Shown: in pieces, positions 22,691 through 36,250 of the stretch
Layout of the letters: each line of letters opens with the position of its first letter
Numbering within the stretch: position 1 is the first letter of the stretch
From: Scyliorhinus canicula
Taxonomy: Eukaryota
Assembly: GCF_902713615.1 (NCBI RefSeq)
Contig: NW_024055490.1
Coordinates: 62,001-126,000, forward strand
Length of the DNA: 64,000 nt
Reading direction: 5' to 3'
The notes under the pieces: generated by a model
Told to the model about the DNA's origin: nothing
Database searches by the model: none
Seen by the model: only the letters and a program-made list of their open reading frames with translations
Made by a program: the position numbers and the translations under genes

Positions 22691-25600
22691 GTTAGACCAA
22701 ACCTGGAGAACTGTGTTCAGTTCTGGGCAACAAACCTGAGGAAGGATAGAATGGCCTCAGAGGGAGTGTAGCACAGATTTACCTGAGTGATATCTGAACC
22801 CCCCGGGGTTGGGTTAAATTAAAAGGCGAGATTACACAAAAATGTCAGAGTCAGCTGGCAGCACGGTAACGCAGTGAGTAGCACTGCTGCCTCACAGCGC
22901 CGAGGTCCCAGGTTCGATCATGGCTCTGGGTCACTGTCCATGTGGAGTTTGCACATTGCTTGCATGGGTTTTTCCTCCAAAGCCCAAAGATGTGCAGGTT
23001 AGGTGGACTGACCACGCTAAATTGCCCCTTAATTGGAAAAAATGAATTCGGTACTCTAAATCTATTTTTAAAAATAAAAAAAAACAAAAATGTCAGTCAT
23101 TATGGGCAGAGAAGGGCATTCGGTCCATTGAGTCCATGCTAGCTCTCTGGTCGGCCAGGTGGTTAGCACTGTTGCTTCACAGCACCAGGGACCCAGGTTT
23201 GATTCCCGGCTTGGGTCACTGTCTGCGGTCTGTGCACGTTCTCCCCGTGTGTGTTGTGGGTTTCCACCGGGTGCTGCGGTTTCCTTCCACAAGACCCGAA
23301 AGACGTGCTTGTTAGGTGAATTGGACATTCTGAATTCTCGCTCTGTACCTGAACAGGTGCCGGAGTGTTACGACTTGGGGATTTTCACAGTAACGTCATT
23401 GCAGTGTTAATGTAAGCTTACATGTGACACTAATAAAGATTATTATTATCTGGAGCAATCCAGTCAGAGTCATTCTCCTGCTCTGTCTCTGTATCTTCAC
23501 AGGTTTATTTCTCTCAGGTTTCTATCCAATTTTTAAAAAATAATTTATTGTGCCTATTTGCAAACACTGTTCTTGGCAGCAAGTTTAAGGTCATTGCCAC
23601 TGGCTGTGTAAAAACATTCTTCCTCATACCTCCTGGACCATTTACATGCACAGATATGGAGCAACGTAGAAAATAGGAGCAGGAGGAGACCATTTGGCCC
23701 TTCGAGCCTGCTCCACCATTCATTACGATAAGAGCTGATTAGGCTCAATAACCTAATCCCGCTTTCCCCCCATATCCTTTGATCCCCTTCACCCTCAGTG
23801 CTGTATCTAACTACTTCTTGAAGACATGCAATGTTTTGGCCTCAATTAGTTCCTGTGGCGACACATTCCATAGGCTCACCGCTCTCTGGGTGAAGAAATG
23901 TCTCCTCATCTCTGTCCTAAATGGTCTACCCGGTATCCTCAGACTGTGACCCCTATTTCTGGACACACCCACTATCGGGAACATCCTTCCTGAATCTACT
24001 CTGTCTCACCCTGTTTTTCTTTTAACATAAATTTAGAGTGACCAAATTTTTTTTGCAATTAAGGGGCAATTTTAGCGTGGTCAATCTACCTACTCTGCAC
24101 ATCTTTGGATTTGTGGGGGTGAGACCCACGCAAACACAGGGAGAATGTGCAAAATCCACAAAGACCATGGCCCGGATTGAACCCGGGTCCTCGGCGCCAT
24201 GAGGCAGCAGTGCTAACCACTGACCACCGTGCCACCCACTTTTTATAGGTTTCTATGGGATCCCCCTCATTGTTCTGAACTCCAGCGAATACAATCCAAA
24301 ACAATTCAACCTAACCTGCACATCTTTGAACTGTGGGAGGAAACCGGAGAACCCGGAGGAAACCCACACAAACACACGGAGAAAGTGCAAACTCCACACA
24401 GTCAGGGGGAGAATTGAACCCGGGTCCCTGGTGCTGTGAGGCAGCAGTGCTAAGCACTATGCCACCCCCTGTCTTGCAACCCTCAAGAGAAAAAAAAATC
24501 CTTATCCCCATCTGAAATGGGTGACCACTCACTTTGCAACAGTGACCCCCTTGTTCCAGATTCTCCCACAAGAGAAACATCCTCTCCACATCCACCCTGT
24601 CAAGACCCCTCAGGATCTTGTATCATTCAATCCAGGTTTTACCCAAAACTTTAAATCTGTGCCCCGACTGCTTGTACGATCAGTGAATGGAAACAGAGTT
24701 TCTTTGTCCACCCGATGGAAATCTGGCATAATCGTGTGTCCCTGAACCAAATCTCCCCTCAACCTCCTTTGCTGGAACCATTCTGGTAAATCTCCTCTGC
24801 ACCTTCTCCAAGAACCTTCCCATTCTTCCTGAAGAGTGGTGACCAGAGCTTTATAAAGATTCATAGAATAGAATTAGAACTATAGAATTCCTACAGTGCA
24901 GAAGGAGGCCATTCGTCCCATCAAGTCTGCACCGATTCTCTGAAAGGGCACCCTGCCTAGGCCCACACCCCTACCCTGTCCCTGGAACCCCATAGCCCCA
25001 CCTAACCTGCACATCCCTGGACACTGAGGGGCAATTTATCAAGGCCAATCCACCTAACTTTCCCTTCTTTGGACTGTTAGAGGAAACCTGAGCACCGGGT
25101 GGAAACCCACACAGGCATGGGGGGAAAGTGCAAACTCCACACAGACAGTCACCAAGGTCACAATTGAACCCGGGTCCCTGGCACTGTGAGGCAGCAGTGC
25201 TAACTACCGTTCCACCAGAAGCATAGTTTCTGTATCAATATTACTGTTTATGAAGGTCAAGATCGAATTTGCTTTGCCATCAACTCTCTTAATATGTCTT
25301 GTAGATGTACAAATTCCCTCTTCACCTCTTTCTCTCTCCTCCCAAAGAGGCCAGTTGTGTTTTTGTGACAATCCAGCCATTTTCATTGTCACTTTTCCCC
25401 AGAACCGGCCCCACAAATGACCAGATTCATTCAGTTCAATTTCACAACCTGCTTTTGTATTTTTCTAAAATAAATTTAGATTATCCAATTCATTTTTTCC
25501 AATTAAGGGGCAATTTAGCGTGGCCAGTCCACCTATCCTGCACATATTTGGGTTGTGGGGGTGAAACCGACGCAAACACGGGGAGAATGTGCAAACTCCA

Positions 25601-25759
25601 CATGGACAGTGACCCGGGGCCAGGATCGAACCTGGGACCTCGGAGCCGTGAGGCAGCAGGGCTAACACACTGTGCCGCCGTGCTGCCCGCCTTTGTGTTT
25701 TTCTGGGTTCTCTCTCACTCCCTATTTTCTGTTTTAAATCAGTTTCACAGTGTGTTCGA

Positions 25760-26896
25760 ATGGGAGACTTCAAAGTCCAGAAACTCAAACCAAGCATCAC
25801 GTCAGGATCTGACAGAGTCCTCAATTTATCATATCCTGAATATCAGCGGATTTTGATCATGGAAGGAAAAAGCATCGTTCACAGTGGGGAGAAACCGTAC
25901 ACGTGTTGCGTGTGTGGACGAAGATTCAGTCAATCATCAGGCCTCACAAGCCACAAATGCAGTCACACAGAGGAGAAACCATGGAAATGTGGGGACTGTG
26001 GCAAAGGATTCACTTACCCATCCAAACTGGAAACTCATCAACGCAGTCACACTGGGGAGAGACCATTCACCTGTTCCAAGTGTGGGAAGGGATTCACTCA
26101 GTCATCCACCCTGCTGAGTCACCAGCGAGTTCACACTGATGAGAGACCGTTTCAATGTCCAGATTGCGGGAAGTGCTATAAATGTTCTGGGGAACTAATG
26201 TGCCATCAACGTGTTCACACTGACGAGAAACCGTTTAGGTGCTCTGACTGCGGGACCGGGTTCAGACGGTCAGCTGATCTCGCTGTACATCAGCAAATTC
26301 ATACTGGGGAGAGGCCATTCGCCTGCTCCAAGTGTGGGAAGGGATTCATTCGGTCATCGGCCCTGCTGAGACACCAGCGAAGTCACACTCGGGAGAGATC
26401 GTTCACCTGCTCCGAGTGTGGGAAGAGATTCAGTCACTCATCCAACCTGCTGAGTCACCAGCGAGTTCACACTGGGGAGAGTCCATTCACCTGCTCCAAT
26501 TGTGGGAAGGGTTTCACCACTTCATCCCACCTGCTGAGACACCAGCGAGTTCACACTGGGCAGAGACCATTCACCTGCTCCGAGTGTGGGAAGAGATTCA
26601 CTCAGTCATCCAACCTGGTGAGTCACCAGCGAGTTCATACTGGGGAGAGACCATTCACCTGCTCCAAGTGTGGGAAGAGATTCAGTCACTCATCCAACCT
26701 GCTGATTCACCAGCGAGTTCACACTGGGGAGAGTCCATTCACCTGCTCCAATTGTGGGAAGGGTTTCGCCACTTCATCCCACCTGCTGAGACACCAGCGA
26801 GTTCACACTGGGGAGCGACCATTCACCTGCTCCGAGTGTGGGAAGGGATTCACTCAGTCATCAAACCTGCTGAGACACCAACGAGGCCACAAGTAA
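25760..26896 (+). CDS. C2H2 zinc-finger protein (ZNF-A), 12 fingers, no KRAB domain
   Basis: Open frame with 12 CxxC...HxxxH fingers and TGERP linkers; acceptor tttcacag at 25749-50; ATG at 25760, with a second ATG at 25859 (MEGKSIVH) that is the one conserved in the paralog at 63968. Confidence 0.92.
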   Translation: MGDFKVQKLKPSITSGSDRVLNLSYPEYQRILIMEGKSIVHSGEKPYTCCVCGRRFSQSSGLTSHKCSHTEEKPWKCGDCGKGFTYPSKLETHQRSHTGERPFTCSKCGKGFTQSSTLLSHQRVHTDERPFQCPDCGKCYKCSGELMCHQRVHTDEKPFRCSDCGTGFRRSADLAVHQQIHTGERPFACSKCGKGFIRSSALLRHQRSHTRERSFTCSECGKRFSHSSNLLSHQRVHTGESPFTCSNCGKGFTTSSHLLRHQRVHTGQRPFTCSECGKRFTQSSNLVSHQRVHTGERPFTCSKCGKRFSHSSNLLIHQRVHTGESPFTCSNCGKGFATSSHLLRHQRVHTGERPFTCSECGKGFTQSSNLLRHQRGHK

Positions 26897-29084
26897 ACAC
26901 AGTGATTGGATTTTGCTGTTACTCACATTCAGGACTGAGCCATATTCATTTGGGTCTTTTTCTGCTGATAACAAACTCCAGCCCATTTACAGGGGCTAAT
27001 ATTCTGGCTAAAAATCAAATAAATTAGATTTGTGTTAAATACGCAGTGTGTTGAAACTTTTTGATATCTCTGACACAAGTTAGTTCCTTTTGAAGTGTGA
27101 GGAGCTTGTGGAGCTTCTTTGTGACTGAGATTGAGTCAATCCGATCAGCTGCCTCTGCTGCTTCCATCCTTTCCACGAGCCCACCGGACCAAACTGTCTC
27201 CAAATTTCATCCTTTCCCAAGCCCTGAACCCACATCTTTTTCTAGTTTCTCTCCCACCTCCTCTGAGAGCTCATTTTGTCCATGAGACCCAGCTCCTGGC
27301 CCATCGACCCTATTCCCACTGAGCTACTGATCAGCCAACTACCCTGTGTCTATGGATATTGTCAACATTTCTGTCTCTTCAGGTACAGTCCCTCTGTCCT
27401 TCAAATCTGCCATCATTACCCCCTCCTCAATAAAACAGACCCTTGACCCTGCCATCCTTACAAATTACCATCTTCAACCTCCATCTCCTCTCCAAACTCT
27501 TTGAACATGTTGCTACCTCCCAAATCCTTGCCCATCTTTCCCAGAACTCCCATGTTTGAATCCTTCAATCAGGTGTCCGCCCTGTTTCAGTCGTGAAATA
27601 CAAGAGACAAACAAAATCTTACCCGGAGAGAAGACAGACAATCCGGGAGCTTGGATGCAAGGGCGGCACAGTAGCACAGTGGGTAGCACTGTTGATTCAC
27701 AGCACCTGGGACCCGGGTTCGATATCCGTCTTGGTCATTGTGCAGAGTCTGCAAGTTCTCCCCGTGTCTGCGTGGGTTTCGTTCGGGTGACCCGCTTTCC
27801 TCCCACAGTCCAAAGATGTGCAGGTTAGGTGGATTGACTGTGCTAAATTGCCCTTAGTGTCCAAAAAGGTTAGGTGGGGTTGCGGGGATAGGGTGGAGGC
27901 ATGGGCTTAAGTAGACTGCTCTTTCCCAGGGCTGGTACAGACTCAATTCTCGGATTCTATAAAGTGGGTTTGTCCTTTCTGAGCTCCAGCCAGGTGATGT
28001 TAAACACTCAGGCGGGAAAGACAAAAATCTACAACGTGTTTAAAACAGCTGATTTGTTTCACCAATATCATTCTAGGATGTTAAACTCCAGTCCCTTCGA
28101 GGTTATTTTCATCAGAAACAATCTCCAACTATCAGAGTAAAAACCTCAAAGTTCTGTTACAGATAGAGGCCATTTGGCCCATTGTGTGTGTGCTGGCTGA
28201 AGTGGAGCTATTCAGCTTAATCCCATTTTTCAGATCTCAGTCGATTGTCCTGTATGTCCCAGTCCTTCAATTGGATATCCAAGACATTAATTTTAAAGTG
28301 ATCAGGATTTCTGTTTCTGTGACGCTATCAGACAGCGAGTTCTAGACTCCCACCACTGAAATGATTTCCCCCTTCCAGTCGCAATGCTCTACTAATTACT
28401 TTAAATCTAAACCCCTTGGTTATTGATCTGTTAATGAAATAGATCCTTCTTATCCATTCTATCCGGGCCCTCAGAATGTTAAACACCTCAGTTAATCTCT
28501 CCTCAGCATTCTCTGTTCCACAGAAAACAACCTCGGCCTCTCCAATCTTTCCTCATTGTTAAAATTCTCCATTTGTGTCGGCATCCTGGTCAATCTCCTC
28601 TGCATTCTCTTTGGGATGAACACATCCTTCCTGTAATGTGATGACCAGAACTGTACTCAGTAATGTAGCTGTGGTTTAACTAGTGTTTTGGACAGCTCCA
28701 GTATAACCTCCCTGATCTTATAATAAACACAGAAAATGCTGGAAATACTCAGCAGCTCTGGCAGCATCTGTGGAGAGATGGGTTTCAGGTCTTTCCTCCA
28801 ATAGAAATTGCTGGGAATATTCCCTGCTCTAGTATTCTGTCCCCGTGAATAACAAAGTATCCTCTCTGCCTTCACAATCACCGTATCTATCTCTCCTGTC
28901 ACCTTCAGGGATCTGTGGACATGCACTCTTAACGCCCCTTTTTCCCTCTCACCTCACTATCATACCAGTCATATTCTTTCCCTTTGCCGTGTTTGTCCAC
29001 CACAAATGTATTTCTTATCCCGCGCTTCTCTGGATTGACCTGTTTGCTACTTTTCTGGCCCGCTGATCAGTCTATTGATGTCTT

Positions 29085-30340
29085 CCTGCAGTCATTACAG
29101 CCTTGGTTCAAACATGGACAAAAGCGCTGAATGCCAGAGGTGAGGTGAGAGTGTCTGCCCTTGACATCAAGGCAGCATTTGACCGAGTATGGCATCCAGG
29201 AGCCCCAGCTAATCTGGAGTCAATGGGAATCGGTGAAAACTCTCCGCTGGTTGGAGTCGTACCTGGCACAAAGAAAGATGGTTGTGGTGGTTGGAGGCCA
29301 ACCATTTCAGCTCCAGGACATCACTGCAGGCATTCCTCAGGGTAGTGTCTTCGGCCCAACCATCTTCAGCTGCTTCATCAATGACCTGCCTTCATCATAA
29401 GGTCAGAAGTGGGGATGTTTGCGGATGACTGCACAGTGTTCAGAATCATTCGCCAACCCTCAGATAATGAAGCAGTCCATGTCCAAATGCAGCAAGACCT
29501 AGACAATATCCAGGCTTGGGCTGAGAAGTGGCAAGTTACATTCGTGCCACACAAGTGTCAGGCAATCACCATATCTTCCAAGAGAGGATCTAACAATCGT
29601 CCCTTGACATTGAATGATATTACCATTGCTGAATTCCTCACAATCAACATCCTGGGGGGTGCCATTGATCAAAAAATTAACTGGATGAGCCATATTAATA
29701 CTGTGGTTACCAGGAAAGGTCAAAGACTAGGAATCCTACGAAGGGTATCTCATCTCCTGAACCCCCCCCCCCCTTCCTTCCCCCCCCCCCCTCTCAAAGC
29801 CTGTCCACCATCTGCAATGCACAAGTCAGGAGTATAATGGAATACTCTCCAGTTGCCTGGATGAGTGCAGCTCCAACAACACTCAAGAAGCTCAACAGCA
29901 TCCAGGACAAAGCAGCCCGCTTGATTGCTCCCCCTTCCACAAACATTCAAACCATCTATCACCGACGAACAGTGGCAGCCGTGTGTACCGTCTACAAGAT
30001 GCACTGCAGTAACTGACCAATGTTCCTTATTTAGTACCTTCCAAACCCATGGCCACCGCCATCTCAAAGGCCAAGAGCAGTAGATCACTGGGAACCCCAA
30101 CAGCTGGAGACTCCCCTCCAAGTCACTCACCACCCCGACTGGGAAATATATCACCGTTCCTTCGCTGTCACTGGGATAAAATCCTGGAACTCTCTTCCTA
30201 ACAGCACAGTGGGTGTACCTACACCTGAAGGACTGCAGTGGTTCAAGAAGGAAACTCCCCACCATGTTCTGAAGGGCACCTAGGGATGGGCAATAAATGC
30301 TGGCCTAACCAGTGAAGCCCACATCCCATAAATGAATAAT
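29085..30340 (+). mobile_element. 5'-truncated CR1/L2-group LINE reverse-transcriptase fragment
   Basis: ALDIKAAFDRVWH, GIPQGSVFGPTIFSCFINDLP and MFADD motifs across frameshifts; AT-rich 3' end at about 30340. Confidence 0.85.
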
Positions 30341-31230
30341 AAAAGTCTGCAGCTTTCTCTCTCACTGCCAAAAAGAGGACCGTAAATGACTTAATCCTGT
30401 CCCCATGTTAAAGTCTAAAGCATTGATATAGAACTCAAGAAGCATGGAATCATGTCCTGGGAAATCTAGAATCCCACTGGAAATACTCCACCAATCACAA
30501 ACATACCTCTTGACCACTGCCCTTTGCTTCCTGCTGCTCCAGCTGATGTCACTTCCTGCACTTGTGATTGTTCTGGACATGAGAAGTATCCTGGTTTTCC
30601 CATGTGGAGCAGGACTGGAATCCCCGGCCAGGTCTTTAATTATTTGATTATTTGACTTGAGCAAAATAAACTTAAGATTAAAATAAATAAAGATTCATCA
30701 GCTTCTCACCAATCAGTTTCTTCTGTTGAGCTGAAGTCACCTTTTATCCAGAATTAACTGAAATGTTTTTGATAATTGTTTTTTAAAAATAAATTTAAGG
30801 TACCCAATTCTTTTTTTTCCCAATTAAGGGACAATTTAGCACGGCCAATTCCCCTACCCTGCACATCTTTGGGTTGTAGGGGAAGACACACGCAGGCACC
30901 GGGAGAATGTGCAAACTCCACTCGGACAGTGATCCGGGGCCAAGATCGAGACCAGGTCCTCAACCCCTTCAGGCAGCAGTGCTAACCAGTGTGCCATCAT
31001 GCCACCTGTTTTTGTTCATTGTTAATATCTAAACCTCTCAAATGATTAATAGACTGAAAAATTCAGACGTCTTTACTCTTACAATGCCAACTTCATCTTT
31101 ATCCCCTGGATTTGATTAACGGACCACGAACTGTAGTTCTGTGAACGATGATTAGATTATTTCAGTTTTGTGATAATTAATGAATCGTCTCACTTTATAA
31201 TTGATGAATGCAGTGACCAGGATGTGCTCT

Positions 31231-31690
31231 CCACAGGACTGGGATGCCCTGTCATTGCCACAGGACTGGGATGGCCTGTCATTGCCACAGGACTGGGATG
31301 CCCTGTCATTGCCACAGGACTGGGATGCCCTGTCATTGCCACAGGACTGGGATGGCCTGTCATTGCCAAGGGACTGGGAGGCCCTGTCATTGCCAAGGGA
31401 CTGGGATGCCCTGTCATTGCCACAGGACTGGGATGGCCTGTCATTGCCACAGGACTGGGATGCCCTGTCATTGCCACAGGACTGGGATGGCCTGTCATTG
31501 CCACAGGACTGGGATGCCCTGTCATTGCCACAGGACTGGGATGCCCTGTCATTGCCACAGAACTGAGATGCCCTGTCATTGCCACAGGACTGGGATTCCC
31601 TGTCATTGCGACAGGACTGGCATGCCCTGTCATTGCCACAGGACTGGGATGCCCTGTCATTGCCACAGGACTGGGATGGCCTGTCATTGC
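31231..31690. repeat. 27-bp VNTR ccacaggactgggatg(c/g)cctgtcattg (about 17 units)
   Basis: Near-perfect 27-bp period; ORF track shows a 9-aa repeat in several frames. Confidence 0.95.
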
Positions 31691-32544
31691 CTTTATTTAT
31701 TCCATTATTAACTGACTGAAGCAACAATAAATTGGAGGTTAAAATAAATAAAGATTCATCAGCCACTCACCAATCAGCTCATTCCATTTGTCTGAAGTCA
31801 CGTTATTTTTATCAGGAATTAACAAAAATGATTTTCTTCATTCTTATTACCTAAACAGATTGGATTTTAACTTAGTGAAGAATTCAGACTTTTTCACTGC
31901 TCCAATCACTTGTCATTCAGCTTCAACTTTATCCTCTTGATTTGATCAACAGAACACTAACTGCAATTATATAAATAATCAAATTGATTCAGGTTTATAC
32001 TAATTAATGAATCATGACTCAGTACATTAATGCAGTGACCAGAATGCTTCTCGCATAATCTCCTTGCTCTTATATTCCAGGCCTCATCCAAGAAAGGATT
32101 CTTGGCTGCCTGATCAATCTATCCAGCTACCTGTGGATAGGGACTCCAATGCCTCTCTGTTGCTCTATGTTCTCAGTATAATTCTATTTATAGTTCATTC
32201 CCTTGCCATGTTTTCATTCTGAAATTCATTATCTCTCAATGTTTGCAGCACAGCAGTTAACACTGATTACAGCGCCAGGGTCCCAGGTTCGATTCCCAGC
32301 TTCGGTCACTGGTCTGTGCGGAGTCTGCATATTCTCTCTGTAGCTGTCTGGGTTTCCTCCAGGTGCTCCAGTTTCCTCCCATAATTCCTGAAAGACATTC
32401 TTGTGAGGTGCATTGGACATTCTGAACTCTCCATCTGTGTACCTGAACAGGCACCAGAATGTGGCGACTAGGGGATTTTCACAGTCACTTCATTGCAGTG
32501 TTGACGTTAGCCTACTTATGACAATAATAAAGATTATTATTAAA

Positions 32545-33690
32545 TTGAATTCCGGGGCGGCAGGTTGGCGCATTGGGGTATGTGGAACATTCCTTATTCC
32601 AGGCCTACCCGGGTCCCCTCCCATAACCCCTTTACCGGTACATTGATGACTATTTTGGTGTTGATTTATGCTGTCGTCCAGAACTGGAAAAGTTCATCAA
32701 CTTTGCTTCCAGTTTCCACCGCTTCATCACTTTCAACTGGTCCATCTTAGACTCCTCCCCTCCCTTCCCTTCCTTGACCTTGCTAGCTCCATTTCTGGCA
32801 ATAGACTATCTACTAATATCTATTACAATCCCACTGACTCCCACAGCTATCTTCGCACCCTACACCCTGTAAGGACTCCCTCCCTTTCTCTCAGCTCCTC
32901 CGCCTCTGTCGCATTTGTTCCGATGATGCCACTTACCAAAGTGGTGCTTCAAATGTGTTCCTTCTTCCTCAACCATGATTCATCACCTACAGCTGTAGTC
33001 AGGGCCCTCAACAGTGCACGGTCCATCTCCCACACCACTACCCTCGCCCCGTCCCCTCCCTCCAAGAACAAGGATAGAATCCCCCTCATTCTCACATTTC
33101 ACCCCACCACCCTCCGTATACAAAGCATAATCCTCTGCCATTTTCGCCAACTTCAACATGATGTCACCACCAAACACATCTTCCCATCACTCCCTCTGTC
33201 AGCATTCCACAAAGACCGTTCCCTCCAAGATAATCTAGTCCACTCCTCCACAATACCCACCTCTCCCATCACCTATGGCACCTTCCCATGCAATCGCAGA
33301 AGGTGCAACACCTGCCCTTTTACCTCTTCCATGCTTAACATCTCAGGCCCAAAACATTAATTCCAGGTTTAAGCAGCGTTTCACATGCACCTCTTTCAAT
33401 TTGGTCTATTGCATTCACTGCTTCCAATGTGGTCTCCTCTGTGTCAGAGAGACCAAACGTAGATCTTCACTCTGTGCGCATTCAAGTCCCTGACCTTTCC
33501 GTTGATTGCCATTTTAACACAAGACCGTGTTCCCATGCCCACATGCCTGTCCTTGGCCTGCTGCAATGTTCCAGCGAAGCTCAAAGCAAACTGGAGGAAC
33601 AGCATCTCATCTTCCGGTTGGGCACGCTACAGCCTTCCGGTCTCAACATTGAATTCAACAACTTCAGATGATTAGCTCGAGCCCACCTTG
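32545..33690 (+). mobile_element. Penelope-like element fragment (RT C-terminus plus GIY-YIG endonuclease)
   Basis: IYYNPTDSHSYL, Cys-rich CNRRRCNTC, VYCIHC..CGLLCV.ETKR; frameshifted. Confidence 0.75.
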
Positions 33691-34779
33691 ACCCCTTTAT
33701 TTTCATTCCATTTCATTTGAACTGTCTTTTACCTTTTATTTATTTGTCTTTCTTTACATATATTTCCCCCCACTCTGTCCCACTATCTGATCCCCCCTTT
33801 CCCGCTGTTACCAGACTCCTAAACGACCCTCTTATGGACTGACCTCAGTAACACTACACCCCTGTATGCTTCATCTGATGCCGGTGTTTATGTAGTTACA
33901 TTGTGTACCTTATGTTACCGTATTATGTATTTTCTTTTATTTCCTTTTCTTTTCATGTACTTAATGATCTGTTGAGCTGCTCGCAGAAAAATACTTTTCA
34001 CTGTACCTTGGTACACGTGACAATAAACCCGACTAACCTTTTGGACACCAAGGGGTAATTTAGCATAACCAATCCACCTGACCTGCACATTTTAGAACAT
34101 AGAACATAGAACAGTACAGCACAGAACAGGACCTTCGGCCCTCAATGTTGTGCCGAGCCATGATCACCCTACTCAAACCCACGTATCCACCCTATACCCG
34201 TAACCCAACAACCCCCCCCCCCCCCTTAACCTTACTTTTATTAGGACACTACGGGCAATTTAGCATGGCCAATCCACCTAACCCGCACATATTTGGACTG
34301 TGGGAGGAAACCGGAGCACCCGGAGGAAACCCACGCACACAGGGGGAGGACGTGCAGACTCCACACAGACAGTGACCCAGCCGGGAATCGAACCTGGGAC
34401 CCTGGAGCTGTGTTTAGCTCTCTTTTCCCTTGGTTTCTGTGGCTATGACTCATCTTTCATTCTCTCACCCTACAGTATAAGTATCTCCCACTTTCAACGG
34501 CTGTAAGCTTTGACAAAGAGGTATCTGGGCTCTTTTTTCTCCTTACAGATGCTGCCAGACCTGCTGAGATTTTCCAACATTTTCTCTTTTAGTTTCAGAT
34601 TGCAGCAATTTGCTTTTGTTTAGAACAGCCATTTAAATCACTTTGGGAAATAGAACATATCACAACACCCATTTGCACGAATTTGCGTTTTATTTAAACG
34701 AGGCAACAAAATATATCTTCGACTACCTATTCGGAGTTTCAATGATGCTGTTATTACCCAACATACCCAGCGTTTGTGA

Positions 34780-35140
34780 ATCTGCCCTGATCACTCCACA
34801 GGAGCCCAGTACGCAGGCGCAATGCTGTATCTGGAGCATGCGCATTGTCACTTTACTCCGAGCCCTGCAAGTGCGGGAGAGGCTTTTTTTGTCAGGTTGA
34901 CAGGTGAGGGTCGCTGGGGCGGAGGGAGGAATGGAGTCGGGTGTTCGGTTGGGGAAGGAGCGGAGACTTCATAAACACCTGGTGCAGGCTGCAAGCCCCG
35001 ACAGGAGCCTGCCGGTCTCCTGCTTTATGCTCCAGGGCTTTTTCCCGGGAACAGGCCCGAGTTAATGGCCGCCATCTTGTTTCTGCGGGCAGCGGAGCGC
35101 ATGCGCGGATTTGGGCGGACTAGTGGGCGGGGCCTCAGGG
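34780..35140. promoter_or_regulatory. CpG-rich ZNF promoter cassette type B
   Basis: GCATGCGCA 34836, + donor GTGAGG 34904, GGCCGCCATCTTG 35067-79, GCGCATGCGC 35097-106, GC box about 35125. Confidence 0.7.
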
Positions 35141-35729
35141 TCCTAGTGACCCGGATGGTGACAACACTCCAAACAAAACAGCTGGAGGAAATTCCACTGA
35201 GCTGACTGGGTGGGAGGAGGTCTGAAGGTTCAAATTAGAGCAAAATACTGCGGATGCTGGAAATCGGAAAGACATAAAATGTGGATGAATGAGCGGGTCT
35301 TTCAGCTTCTGAGGAGAGAAACAATTAATGTTTCGGATCTAAATGATCACAGCCGCAGGGACTGAGTATGCAGAGGGGAGGTTGGGGAAAGTAGATTGTT
35401 AGTGAGCAGGGGTAGTTGGAGTGAGTGGGGAAGGAGGTCTGAAGAGAGGAACCTGAGTGAGATGGGGAGGGGGTGGAGTTGAGTGAAGGGCTTCTGACTG
35501 AGTTGGGGAGGAAGTTTGATGAGAGTGACCTGAGTGGGAATGATGGTGAGGGCAATATGCTTCTGACTGTGAGGGGAGGGGATATTGACATTATATGTTG
35601 GGGACCAGCATGGAGTGTCTGGGAGCAGCCTAAGATCCAAGGGAGCTGTGTGCATACTGTTGGTGGGGAGAACAGGCAGAGTGTAAGTCAAATATTTTAT
35701 ATATGGAATGTTACAAGGGCATATTTTTG

Positions 35730-36250
35730 ATTTGATTTATTGTCACATGTACCAAAGTGAAAAGTATTTTTCTGCGACCGAGGGAACGTACACAGTACAT
35801 ACATAGTAGACAAAAGAATAATCAACAGAGAAGATTCACAAATTGTACATCGACAAACAGTGATTAGTTACAGTGTGGAACAAGGGGGCAAACAAAGCAA
35901 ATACATGAGCAAAAGCAGCATAGGGCGTCGTGAATAGTGTTCTCACAGGGAACAGATCACTCTGAAGGGTGTCGTTGAGGAGTCTTGTACCTGTGGGGAA
36001 GAAGCTGCTCCTATGTCTGGATGTGCGGGTCTTCAAACTTCTGTCTGATGGAAGGATCTGGAAGAAGGCAATGCCTGGGTGGGATGGGTCTCTGATCATG
36101 CTGTCTGCCTTCCTGAGGCAGCGGGAGGTGTAGACAGAATCAGTGTGGGGGTGGCAAGCTTGTGTGATGCATTGGGCTGAGTTCATCAAACGCTGCAGTT
36201 TTTTGTGACCTGGACCGAGCAGTTGCCAGACCAAGCTGTGATGCAGGACA
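35730..36250 (-). mobile_element. Rex1/Babar-type LINE 3' fragment
   Basis: RCLRKADSMIRDPSHPG...LPS...KTRTSRHRSSFFP..TRLLN; the same tail occurs on + at about 33800-34030. Confidence 0.65.

Noticed and set aside
31152-31766. Cys/His-rich (MPCHCHRTG)n and other repeat ORFs, suggestive of a metallothionein-like protein
   Set aside because: A 27-bp VNTR open in almost all frames; no promoter, splice or non-repeat coding context
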